64,000 nucleotides of DNA from Macrostomum lignano (lineage: Eukaryota). Of this stretch, positions 21,579 through 33,700 are shown one piece after another (positions within the stretch are counted from its first letter, which is position 1; the number at the start of each line of letters is the position of its first letter). The stretch covers positions 1-64,000 of the forward strand of contig NIVC01003675.1 in NCBI GenBank assembly GCA_002269645.1, written 5' to 3'. The translations under genes and the position numbers were made by a program. Below the pieces are notes generated by a model. It did no database searches, was not told the origin of the DNA, and saw only the letters and a program-made list of their open reading frames with translations.

Positions 21579-22580
21579 CAGATGGGCTGATTTCCTCAGG
21601 TCTTCAAAATAGAGTCGTGCAGTTCAGTGAACTGCTGTAATCAGTCGTGCTTCAGGTCAATCTGCAGGTTTTTTTTCCAAATCTAGGAGTAAATAGTCTA
21701 ACAACCTTTATTTAAGTTAGGATTATTTATTCATTTAAAAACATTGTATCGAAATGTACTTTTATAGCTTAGTAAAACGGCGACTGCTAGGATAATGAAA
21801 TCTTTCAGTAAAATAGCCCTTGCATACCATACTCGTATATGACGTACACATATTACTAATACATGTAAAATTATATACAACAATTACAGTTAAATTTTAA
21901 ATTCTCTAGCAAGTCTATACGTGTACTGGTAAAGCAAGCAAGTATGCTTTAAAACGGTAGAATTACAAAAGCTATGACGGATTTTACTGTTTTCAAAACG
22001 ATAATTTTACTAGCGCATTATAACACAACGATTAAGTTTTCCATGTACAATGCCATGTACGAACAGTTTGCTTAATTCCTTAAAAAACCACATTTTGACA
22101 AAACATGCTTTGGTGCAAATCATGTATAACATTGCATATTGTGGCTATTAAATTAAATTACGTGTGCATGCAAAAATGGATCCAAAATTTGATATACAGA
22201 AATTAGGTGTGCCCAGCAAATTTATAAATACATTGGCAAGAGTAAAATCAATAATATTATTTTATTATAATTTTATCAACTATAAGTAAGAGCAATTATG
22301 AAAGCTTAAAGCTAAAAGATTCGTTTTATCGGTAGCTGCAGGTGCAAAAATCAGATTCACAAATGATGCAGTTCTATGCACATGTGCATCTGTTAAGCCT
22401 GAACTGCACGCGTGTTTGAATGTGTGCATGCATGACGTCATAATAATATCAATCCGGAAAATAAAGGCTCTCGTTATCAAAATTAAACATCCCATTTACT
22501 AAAAATGAAAATTATATTCTATTGATACTTGGGTTAACCAAAAAATATTTACGCTAAAATCTATAAATTTATTCGCTTAA

Positions 22581-25500
22581 TTAGTGCCTCTGAGATCGTC
22601 CAATTTCAGCCAGAGCTCTCGTCCTCAGCCAGTCAATCTCGGGATAAAGCAATTGGTCTTCTACTGAAGCGGCTGCTGATTTTTGTCGGCCCTGATTTAA
22701 TTGCTCCGTTGGCTTGCTATCAACTCCGCTACAACTGGGCCCGTCGGTTGAGTCTAAAGTTGACGTTGCACTTTTCGGCATGTCCAGTGTGGCATAGTGT
22801 TGACGAAATGAGGACGAGGCTTCATTGTTGGCTTCCATGCCAGTGTGCAGCGCCAATGACTTCGAAGTTGCCGCGGCTGCATCCTGCAAATTAGTGTTGC
22901 AAATAAATGCATGAGAACAGCAGACAGCCACTTTGATAAGACCTGGAGAACAGCAGACAGCCACTTTGATAAGACACTGGAGAACAGCAGACAGCCACTT
23001 TGATAAGACACTGGAGAACAGCAGACAGCCTTTGAAAAGACACCAGAGAACAACAGACAGCCCCTTTGATTAGACAATGGAGAACAGCACAGACACCTTT
23101 GAAAAGACACCAGAGAACAACAGACAGCCTCTTTGATAAGACACTGGAGAACAGCAGGCAGCCCCTTTGATTAGACAATGGAGAACAGCAGACAGCCCCT
23201 TTGATTAGACACTGGAGAACAGCAGGCAGCCCCTTTGATTAGACAATGGAGAACAGCAGACAGCCCCTTTGATTAGACACTGGAGAACAGCAGACAGCCC
23301 CTTTGATAAGACACTGGAGAACAACAGACAGCCTTTGAAAAGACACCAGAGAACAACAGACAGCCACTTTGATTAGACACTGGAGAACAGCAGACAGCCC
23401 CTTTGATAAGACACTGGAGAACAGCAGACAGTCCCTTTGAAAAGACACCAGAGAACAACAGACAGCCCCTTTGATTAGACACTGGAGAACAGCAGACAGC
23501 ATTTGAAAAGACACCAGAGAACAACAGACAACCCATTTGATAAGATACTGGAGAACAACAGACAGCCCCTTTGATAAGACACCAGAGAACATCATCAGAC
23601 AGCCCCTTTGATAAGACACCAGAGAACATCATCAGACAGCCCTTTGATAAGACACTTGAGAACATCATCAGACAGCCCTTTGATAAGACACTTGAGAACA
23701 TCATCAGACAGCCCTTTGATAAGACACTTGAGAACATCATCAGACAGCCCTTTGATAAGACACTGGAGAACAGCAGACAGCCACTTTGATAAGACACCAG
23801 AGAACATCAACAGACAGCCCTTTGATAAGACACTGGAGAACAGCAGACAGCCACTTTGAAAAGACACCAGAGAACATCATCAGACAGCCCCTTTGATAAG
23901 ACACTTGAGAACAGCAGACAGCCCCTTTGATAAGACACTGGAGAACATCAACAGACAGCCCTTTGATAAGACACTTGAGAACATCATCAGACAGCCCTTT
24001 GATAAGACACTGGAGAACAGCAGACAGCCACTTTGATAAGACACTGGAGAACAGCAGACAGCCACTTTGAAAAGACACCAGAGAACATCATCAGACAGCC
24101 CCTTTGATAAGACACTGGAGAACCAGAACTGACTAAAGTTGTATTTTAGTTAGCTGGTAATTTCCTAAATTCAGCGAGTTTCAAGTGCAAATGATAAAGC
24201 CGTTATGTTAAATGCGAAATTTTATCAGAAAAATTGTTACAACCCAAAGCATGCACGAATATTTCAGAAAGATTTGATATGTGTGCTGCGCATCACAGGG
24301 TCCACTTTAGGTGCGCATATTTTTCCTAACGCCGATGCACACTGAAAATTTTTGTTTAAATTCTTCAAAATGATGTGGTCATGCGAAAAATGACGAAATG
24401 CCTAAAAATAGTGCCTGCCCTAATACGCTCGTACCAGTTTCTTACTGCATTTTCGAGATCATAAACTCGCCGCTATACACAGCTAAAGCATTACAAGTCT
24501 ACAGCTACAAATATTTTAATCACTGTAATTTGAAGTATCAAATTTCGTGATTAGGAAATTAAAAACCTAATAACTATCAAAATTTACACAACATCCCATC
24601 ATAACCATCATTCGACGCTAAAAGTCCCAAAACTAAGAATCTGATATCCTATGATTTTGAAGCATGTAAAATCCCAAAACTCTAAGAATCAGATATACCC
24701 TGATTTTGAAGCATGTAAAATCCCAAAACTCTAAGAATCTGATATCCCATGATTTTGAAGCATGTAAAATCCAAAAACTCTAAGAATCTGACATCTCATG
24801 ATTTTAAAGCATGTAAAATCCCAAAACTCTAAGAATCTGACATCCCATGATTTTGAAGCTTAAAATCCACAAAATCAACAAACGGGAAGTTCTATAATTT
24901 GAAGCTTAAGATCCCAAAAAGCTAGAAACCCTGAAATGCATATAATAAACAATGATTATAAAATTCCCATGTCGTTTTCTAACCTCGCAACCGACACTCT
25001 GTAAAGAGTCGATGGAGTCACCGCCGCCCGCGCCACCGCCAGCTCCTTGCAAGTTGACGTAGCCATCAAGACTGGCCTTCACCGTCTGCTCCGCCAGCTC
25101 CAGAGTTCCCCGCCCGAGCCCTGAGTCAGTCTCGTCTCGATAAGCTCCTTCGCTGTCCCTGCTCGATGCGCACCGAAGCCCGCCGGTTGCTAGCCGAAGC
25201 TCCTCGGCCCAGCGCTGCATGTCCGCGAGACTGTCTGCCAGCAGGTAGAACAGCCTCGGACGCTCCTTACGATGGCGCTGGATGCATTCAAAGCTGAGAA
25301 ATGGTTGCTGATGGTGCAGACGGTTCCGCTGGTCCCGGGCCAGGGTCCGAGCCAGACGCAGAGGCGGGGGTACCAGGGTTGCTAGGGCTCTGATTGTGTC
25401 CACTAAGATTTGGCCTCTGACAGCTGACATGCTGTGGTCTGTGTAGTAGTACAACTGGTACTGCGCTGACGGTTCCAGCTCAGCGGATGACGGAGTTAGG

Positions 25501-28500
25501 CGAGTGAGGACGAAGTAGCGTCGATGCCATTGCTGGATGGGGAAGATGGGAAGCGGGATTAATAAAAACATGGGAATATTAATTAGCTACTTAAGCTACT
25601 AATCTGTAGATGTTCTACTGACAATATTTTTATACTTCGATCTATTCTTAAAGCCACTTGCTGATCACCTACGAGTATATCTTAGCTAAATATCCATCCC
25701 ACAGTCTCCATCTCAGTCCATGACAACATACTCAAATTTCAAATCACATTCTCCATCAGTCTTAGCTACCACACGCCAACTTCAGATCCTAAACATACCC
25801 ATCTCAGATCCCACATTCATATCTCAGATCCCCGACTCCCATCTCAGATCCCACACTCCCATCGATCAGATCCCACACTCTCATCTCAGATTCCAAATTC
25901 CTTATCTCAGATCTCACACTCCCATCTCAGATCCCACACTCCTATCTCAGATCCCACACTCCCATCTCAGATCCCACACTCTCATCTCAGATTCCAAATT
26001 CCTTATCTCAGATCCCACACTCCCATCTCAGATCCCACACTCCTATCTCAGATCCCACACTCCCATCTCAGATCCCACACTCCCATCTCAGATCCCACAC
26101 TCTCATCTCAGATTCCAAATTCCCTATCTCAGATCCCACACTCTCAATCTCAGATCCCACACTCCTATCTCAGATCCCACACTCCCATCTCAGATCCCAC
26201 ACTCCCATCTCAGATCCCACACTCTCATCTCAGATTCCAAATTCCCTATCTCAGATCCCACACTCTCAATCTCAGATCCCACGCTCCCATCTCAGATCCC
26301 ACACTCCCAATCTCAGATCCCACACTCATCTCAGATCCCACACTCCCAATCTTAGATCCCACACTTCCATCTCAGATCTCACACTCCTATCTTAGATCCC
26401 ACTCTTCCAACTTAAATCATACAGAGGGCTAAAAGAAGTCGATTTACAATTGCTTTACAATCCTACTGGACATTAATTATCAAGCATCCTGTTTATACGA
26501 GTTACATGAAACGGATCAACTATATTGCGCATGTTTATGCTACAAATGTACAGATTTATTTCAGAGTGATAGCATGTTAGCTAAGCGTTGCTTTAAAACA
26601 ACCTTTTATTTCGTTTGTCTGCCGATGCCTGCTGCTCGTGCCTGGAAGACTTTCTAATAGCTATAAACAGGAATCCAGGTGCGCACGATAATATAGAATT
26701 TGATACTTGATTACTTTTTTGCAACATTTCATGAACGTCGTGGATATATATATATAACATGAGTCACTAGTTTGACTTTTCCAGTTTTTTTATGACCAAT
26801 ATTTAGAAATCTTACAGTTTCACAAATTTTTTCATTTATAAGCACGAAATTGTCATAAAAATTTGTTTAAAAATCTGTCCATTTTCACACATTCAGCGAG
26901 AGGTGCTATTGCATAATAGTTGAAGCCAACCGGGAAATATTATTAAACTTGTCTCGGAACGCAAATCTCTGTTATCGTGTCGTTTCAACTAAGATTGTTT
27001 AGACAATCGCCTGCAATGACGTCATAAATGAAGTGCGTTATACTCTCCTATACTAGAACTTCAGGGTCATCGAGTGCAATATCATGAATCACGCATTAAA
27101 ATCGTGGCGCACGAATTTCGGTGGCCCAATTTTACAATGAAAGATTGTGGATTTCCCATATAGCTAGCTAAGCAGCAACAGACAGAAGTGTCCACCCTCT
27201 TTTGTCTCTCAGTTGAGTGGCAAATCGATCCAACAGTTCGACCATAGACAAAATTCTGTGAAAAGTGGGGACCCATGGACTTCTATACTTAGCATGCATG
27301 GGGACCGCTTGCTAAGAACAACAATGGACAAGAAAGTCTATGTTCGATGCAGAAGCGAGTTAGAGGCAGAAGACCCGTCAATTGCTGCGGATGGTTAAAG
27401 GGAATCCCGGAAAATTTTCCCGAGAAAAAGGGTGGACACTTCTGTCTGTTGCTGAGTAGCTCGTATTGTATATTCATTAGAAGCGAGATGGAGATGCCTA
27501 ATAAATCTCATCATTTATCCCTTTGTTTCAGCAAGGATTTTGAGCAGCAGCGAACGGGGCTTTGCCAATAAAAAAGCACGCTCTGCTCCCTGACTCTCCC
27601 CAGTTGCATTCTCACCCGATTCCCTGGTTTAAAGCGTTTCGTAGGGCCGCCGCCGCCGCCTTTTCCACCGGCCGGCCTCGGCGACTTCAACAACCAGCCG
27701 GACATGCAGATTCTTTGGTTAGCGGATTTTTGCAAATTGGCCAGCAGTTGTAGTTGAGCGAGCTGACTGCCGCCATCTGCTGATCTCAAGTGCTGACTTT
27801 CTGAAGTTCTGTCGCTGACGCTGTCAAGTTGCAATGAAGTTGCAGTTCGGTTGTAAGTTATAAAAGCCAGGAGGTCAGGAGCGCCGCTATGGAAAGTTAT
27901 GGGGAGGGGACATGCCAATGCGTTGTCCCCCACCTCACCATGTGACCCGTTGTGGAAATCAATAAGTTTGTTTTAGGCGCCAAAATATAGCGCCTTCGGC
28001 GCCAAAATGATTGTATGCGGTGCCAAAATGAGTGTCTGCGGTGCCAAAATGAAGGCGCCAAAATGAGTGGTGCCTGCGGCGCTAAAATGAGTGTCTGCGG
28101 TGCCAAAGTAAAGGCGCCAAAATGAGTGGTGCCTGCGGTGCCAAAATGAGTGTCTGCGGTGCCAAAATGTAGGCGCCAAAATGAGTGGTGCCTGCGGCGC
28201 TAAAATGAGTGTCTGCGGTGCCAAAGTGAAGGCGCCAAAATGAGTGTCTGCGGTGCCAAAGTGAAGGCGCCAAAATGAGTGTCTGCGGTGCCAAAGTGAA
28301 GGCGCCAAAATGAGTGGTGCCTGCGGTGCCAAAATGAGTGTCTGCGGTGCCAAGATGAGTGTCTGCGGTGCCAAAGTGAAGGCGCCAAAATGAGTGTCTG
28401 CGGTGCCAAAGTGAAGGCGCCAAAATGAGTGTCTGCGGTGCCAAAATGAAGGCGCCAAAATGAGTGGTGCCTGCGGCGCTAAAATGAGTGTCTGCGGCGC

Positions 28501-29820
28501 CAAAATGAAGGCGCTAAAATGAGTGTCTGCGGTGCCAAAATGAAGGCGCCAAAATGAGTGTCTGCGGTGCCAAAATGAAGGTGCCAAGATGAGTGTCTGC
28601 GGTGCCAAAGTGAAGGCGCCAAAATGAGTGTCTGCGGTGCCAAAGTGAAGGCGCCAAAATGAGTGTCTGCGGTGCCAAAGTGAAGGCGCCAAAATGAGTG
28701 TCTGCGGTGCCAAAATGAAGGCGCCAAAATGAGTGGTGCCTGCGGCGCTAAAATGAGTGTCTTCGGCGCAAAATGAAGGCGCCAAAATGAGTGTCTGCGG
28801 TGCCAAAGTGAAGGCGCCAAAATGAGTGTCTGCGGTGCCAAAATGAAGGCGCCAAGATGAGTGTCTGCGGTGCCAAAGTGAAGGCGCCAAAATGAGTGTC
28901 TGCAGTGCCAAAGTGAAGGCGCCAAAATGAGTGTCTGCGGTGCCAAAGTGAAGGCGCCAAAATGAGTGGTGCCTGCGGCGCTAAAATGAGTGTCTGCGGT
29001 GCCAAAATGAAGGCGCCAAAATGAGTGGTGCCTGCGGCGCCAAAATGAGTGTCTGCGGTGCCAAAATGAAGGCGCTAAAATGAGTTTCTACGGTGCCAAA
29101 ATGAGTGTCTGCGGCGCCAAAATGAGTGTCTGCGGTGCCAAAATGAGTGTCTGCGGCGCCAAAATGAGTGTCTGCGGCGCCAAGATGAGTGTCTGCGGCG
29201 CCAAAATGAGTGTCTGCGGCGCCAAAATGAGTGTCTGCGGTGCCAAAATGAGTGTCTGCGGCGCCAAAATGAGTGTCTGCGGCGCCAAAATGAGTGTCTG
29301 CGGCGCCAAGATGAGTGTCTGCGGCGCCAAAATGAGTGTCTGCGGTGCCAAAATGAGTGTCTGCGGTGCCAAAATGAGTGTCTGCGGCGCCAAAATGAGT
29401 GTCTGCGGTGCCAAAATGAGTGTCTGCGGCGCCAAAATGAGTGTCTGCGGCGCCAAAATGAGTGTCTGCGGCGCCAAGATGAGTGTCTGCGGCGCCAAAA
29501 TGAGTGTCTGCGGTGCCAAAATGAGTGTCTGCGGTGCCAAAATGAGTGTCTGCGGCGCCTAGATGAAAACCTGAGGCGCCAAACGCGGAATCGAGTATTG
29601 CCACAGACAAATTCGGTCGATAAAAAATCGTGCTATAAAATACTCCAGATTTGTAGGTAGCGTCGTTCTACATGTACTTTAGCGTAAAACAAAGCTTAAA
29701 ACAAACTAGCTCGTATATAGCTACGTGTTCCAAAATTTAAGTGACCCTGAATGAGCGCATATACAGAAAAATGATCAATTACCTCCAACGATTTGTAGTG
29801 CAGCAAAACAATTTATCCAT
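22581..29820 (-). CDS. Gab/DOS-like PH-domain docking adaptor, 4 exons, ~364-386 aa
   Basis: Exons on the minus strand: 29820-29783 (MDKLFCCTTNRW), 27886 (or 27820)-27616, 25532-24984, 22883-22581, all GT-AG, phases 2,0,0. PH motifs ICMSGWLLKSP...KRFKPGNR|QWHRRYFVL...LYYYTD...RLFYLLADSLADMQRWAEEL match the Gab1 pattern (SGWLRKSPP..WKRRWFVL..FYLVADSEEEMNKW). C-terminal YATLD and YPEIDWLRTRAL resemble Gab SHP2-binding tyrosines. Confidence 0.82.
22908..24125. repeat. Minisatellite, 34-35 bp unit (GAGAACAGCAGACAGCCACTTTGATAAGACACTG), ~35 copies, Gab-like gene intron 3
   Basis: Direct tandem units. The many overlapping ORFs at 22754-24078 are artefacts of it. Confidence 0.97.
24625..24915. repeat. 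Tandem repeat, 49 bp unit x ~5-6
   Basis: GATTTTGAAGCATGTAAAATCCCAAAACTCTAAGAATCTGATATCCCAT, recurring at about 24653 and 24702 onward. Confidence 0.93.
25790..26405. repeat. Minisatellite, 20 bp unit (TCCCATCTCAGATCCCACAC), Gab-like gene intron 2
   Basis: Tandem units with a recurring ATTCCAAATT variant. ORF 25720..26355 is its translation. Confidence 0.95.
27975..29582. repeat. Compound minisatellite: 21 bp (GCCAAAATGAGTGTCTGCGGY) alternating with 14 bp (GCCAAAGTGAAGGC), then pure 21-mers; Gab-like gene intron 1
   Basis: Compound 35-bp periodicity at 28000-29080, pure 21-bp array at 29090-29560. Confidence 0.97.
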
Positions 29821-30413
29821 AGTTATTGACAGTATTCGTTTTCCTTCAGCTTCCAGCTTCTTTTAAAATTTAGTTAGTTTGTTCCAGGGTTGACAGCACA
29901 GTTTTTTATCCAACAATTTAACCTGTAGCTATAACAGTACAGTCAGGAGCACCTTATATTTGTAGCCGGGTGGACAGCGGAGCTTTGAACTTCTGTTTAC
30001 AACCGTCTGTGCATGGTGTTCGTGAGCACTGCTGGACACGGGGAGAGGAGAGAGAGAGAACCAGTGAGCAGCTTATAAAGCTAGCATATGTGCTTGTGCA
30101 GAGTGTAGGCCATTTACCATATGTATTATATTGCGATGTGTAACCCAAGCGTACAGTCATTATTGGTCAATGCCAGGACTAGCTGTGGAACAGACCCTCA
30201 ACCGTACCCCGCGGCTCCTCTTATTGGTCGATAAGATAGTTTTAACTTTACTCTATACCATACCATCCTTCCATCACATCTCACTTAGTTGGTGATTAAA
30301 AATAGCGCTACTGTACTGTTGAAGGGTGTACGCAAAGACCCCGCGGCTGGGAACAACACTAAACTGTTACACACGCATCACCACTTCATACCTGTCTACA
30401 TGTATCCCTATAC

Positions 30414-30458
30414 CGCGGACCCCGGGATTATAAGCAACTTATAATCCCGGGGTCCGCG
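30414..30458. mobile_element. 45-bp perfect hairpin insertion with 7-bp TSD (minimal MITE)
   Basis: CGCGGACCCCGGGATTATAAG-caa-CTTATAATCCCGGGGTCCGCG, flanked by CCTATAC at 30407-30413 and 30459-30465. Confidence 0.75.
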
Positions 30459-30604
30459 CCTATACCCTGTCCTAATTCAACGCTATAGGAACCGCAGTGC
30501 ATGATGATGAGATGATGTGGTGATGTGATAATAAAACGTTATATACAAACAGTTTATAAATTAAAGTAGATAAAGCCATTTAAAATGTATCTGCTGAACA
30601 GTAG

Positions 30605-30755
30605 ATGACAGTCAGGAAATGAATGAAGATGACAGTCAAGGAATGAAGATGACAGTCAAGGAATGAAGATGACAGTCAAGGATGAAGATGAACAGTCAGA
30701 GAATGAAGATGACAGTCAGGGACTGAAGAGGCCGAATGAGAAGATGACAATGACA
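30605..30755. repeat. Short tandem repeat, ~20 bp unit (GAATGAAGATGACAGTCAAG)
   Basis: About 6 degenerate copies. Confidence 0.85.
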
Positions 30756-33700
30756 TGTACATAACAGATGACCGCGCCAAGGTATAATGTTTCTATACAC
30801 TGTACTGTTAGCATTTAAGGAGAAATCACACATGAAATAGTTTCCTAGGTTTGTGTATATCAAGATTTTGCGATGCAGCAGCTTATCAAATTTACATGCA
30901 ATAAACTTAAGCTCGATCTGGCCTGATGTAAATTAATTTTCGCATTGGTTTCTGGTGTTATCTCTATCTCAGCATGCATAAAAAGCCATTGTTTGTTATA
31001 AGCACCGCGGAGCTGCACATTGGAGAACGTCGGAACATTGCATGCAGAGAGGACTGAGTCGATCGAATACCTCTAAAATTATACATGTATATGTATGAAG
31101 ATACACTGTATACAGCTGTATACAATAATCAGCCAGAAGTCAGTTTAGCAACCAAACAACTGTAAGCGTCAACCGCCCTGCCAGACTGCTCAGTTACCAC
31201 AACACCTTACACCTAAGGCAAAACAAAACGAATTTGTTTAAGTCGCGTACGCTCGCGTCCAAATTCAGCGGCAAATTCAACATCGTTCAGCAGAGTCAGA
31301 TCCTGTCTACTATCTGGGTCGTTCGCAAATTCTAGGAGGAGCAAAAATTTTAACAATTTTCCGAACATTTACTATTGTTACTGCCATATTGAAAAAAATA
31401 GGACACTTTTATCTGTCAATAAAGATAATTTTTGGGTTGAACTTTATCATACAAAAGTGTTTTTAATCATCTGGCGGTATTAAGCGATAATTAGCGATGA
31501 AAAAATTCAAATTCAATCATTTCACCGATGTTAATTTTTGATACTACAAGATGTCTGTAGCTAAAAAAAGTTGTTGTTGTGTTGAAACCTTGCTATATTA
31601 CATTTAAAATGAAAGCTTATATAAATTTAATTTAAGAATTTTTTAAAGCCAATAAACTGCACTACAAATGATTTTATAGACGCTTAACTGTACGCCTAGC
31701 ATTTCCGGTGGGATAGCCTCTTTGCGTCTCACAAAATGTATTTTTCGGCTGACGTCTAGAATGCGTGCTTAAAATGATACATTTTGATGCAGATAATTAG
31801 AAAAACATGTCTTATTATCTTTTTGTAAAAAATTGTTATGAAATAGAGCACTATTGTTGATAAAAATAATTAAAAGCAACCATGCATCGCAATAAACTCC
31901 TACTTTGAAGCACAAAATAAATATCCTGTAACCACACTAGCATTCTCCATGGAGCACCTTTTGAGCTGAAATTTTACAAAGATATCCAGTAAAGTAAACT
32001 GAGCAAATGATTTTTTTTGTTTTTGAAAATACTTCAATTTGGCTATGTATCTGTTAGTTCATTGGACATATTTATTATATTTTTATTAAAATCCTTGTAA
32101 CCAAGCTACAGAGAAACATGTGCAAAACTGGACCTTGAAATTTGACCTGAATGATCAGCAAATGTGTATCTCGAAATGATTTTTTTTTGTTTTCATCAAG
32201 TCATTCTATGCTAATTTTTTCTGAAGGGAAAGATACCATATATTTAGAGTCAATAGGGGAAGCATTTAAACTTATTCAATAGTCATTAAAATTGCAACTA
32301 TATTATCATAATATGGTAATACTATTATACATGTATTATATAGTAATATTAACTTCTAAGATGCCCTTATAAATTTAAGTAAAGACAACAGGCCTTAATT
32401 AATTAATCAGCATTTTGAAGAAACTGACCTTATACAGATGGGCCCCAAGCTAAGAAATGAATGTAGAGCTTATTTCGTGTAAGGTATAAAAATCAATTTA
32501 TTATAATAATAAATACTCCTAATAAATTGGTTAAATTAGTTATTTACCTTGAATTAATTTAATTTAATAATTAAATATATATAAATTTGTTTCACTTCTT
32601 ACTGCATTTAAATAGAGTACCTCTCTACTATACTATAGAAGTATAGTAAAAGTATGGTAAAAAAGTATAGTAAAAAATTTTCTTTGGTTTAATCCCAGCT
32701 TGCCTCAGTTTTTTAGTCTTAATACGAGCTAGATAGTAAGTGTTGATTAATTTGCTCCATCACCTTTTGCCACGGAAACAGCACATGTCGGACATGCAAC
32801 ACTCTTCCTGATCCCTGGATCCAAGATGACTGCTTCTGCTTCTTCAATGCTTGAAAACTGAGCTCATGGAGCTTCAGGTTATGCTGTCAGAGTGCTGCTG
32901 CCGGTGCTGTGTGTGTATGTGTGTGTCTTCTGTGGGTAGGTTCCCTGTCCCTCAGTTTAGCCACTGTTGTGGGCTAACTGGAGGAATTGCCGTTGTCGGT
33001 GCTGCAGGTGGCACTACATGGTAGTATTGACGCTGTCAGTGACGCTGGCAAAGGCTTGGACGAAGCTAGGTGCCGTCATTGTCAGAAGGACATGCGTGTG
33101 CTGCTTAGACCAGTGCGCACATTCGACTGGACTCGTATCTGGTGCAGTCTGGTGTATTCACTGAGATTGTGTGGATCTGCCTCCTCGCATCACCTCAACC
33201 AGGCTCAATTTCTTTTGTAGAATTTTCGTGCGCTGCTTGACTGCATCTTGTGCCTGCTGAGTGATGCCAAGAATTGTGCCACACAATAATTTGGCCCATA
33301 AACTACTCGTATATTATACATATGTATGCACAGCACACACACACGCAGTTCATTCATATTAAATGTACTAGTTAATGGAATTCTCATCTCATGAGCTCTA
33401 GTCTATGGACAAACCTGAAATTACTATAATATCTAGATAGAACTAAACTTCTTTGAGCAGCGCGCTGCGCTGCGAGCAAAATACATGTAGATTCCTTATA
33501 GCGCAACTAATTACTGAAGTAAAAGTGTAGTACAGTCTACAGCCTGAAGTAGCCTGTGTAAGATGCGGAGGGATGATTTTTGCATAGGAAGCCACTAAGG
33601 TAAGGTTGATGGAACTATGGGGAGGTGAGAGATTCAAAGCGAGGGACGGAAGCCATGCATAGGTCGATCATAAGTTTGATTATTGCAAGAGTCTGGGGAT

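Noticed and set aside
82-29610. Long ORFs over tandem arrays (e.g. 82..474, 2157..2999, 4976..5539, 8029..8766, 19812..20706, 22754..24078, 25720..26355, 27973..29610)
   Set aside because: They are open only because the repeat units lack stops. They appear in several frames and strands at once and lie within introns or flanks of the modelled genes.
32750-33260. GC-richer patch with ORF 32987..33220, faintly like the C-terminal part of a LINE reverse transcriptase
   Set aside because: No diagnostic motif in any frame I translated and no splice-consistent model. A BLASTx search would be needed.
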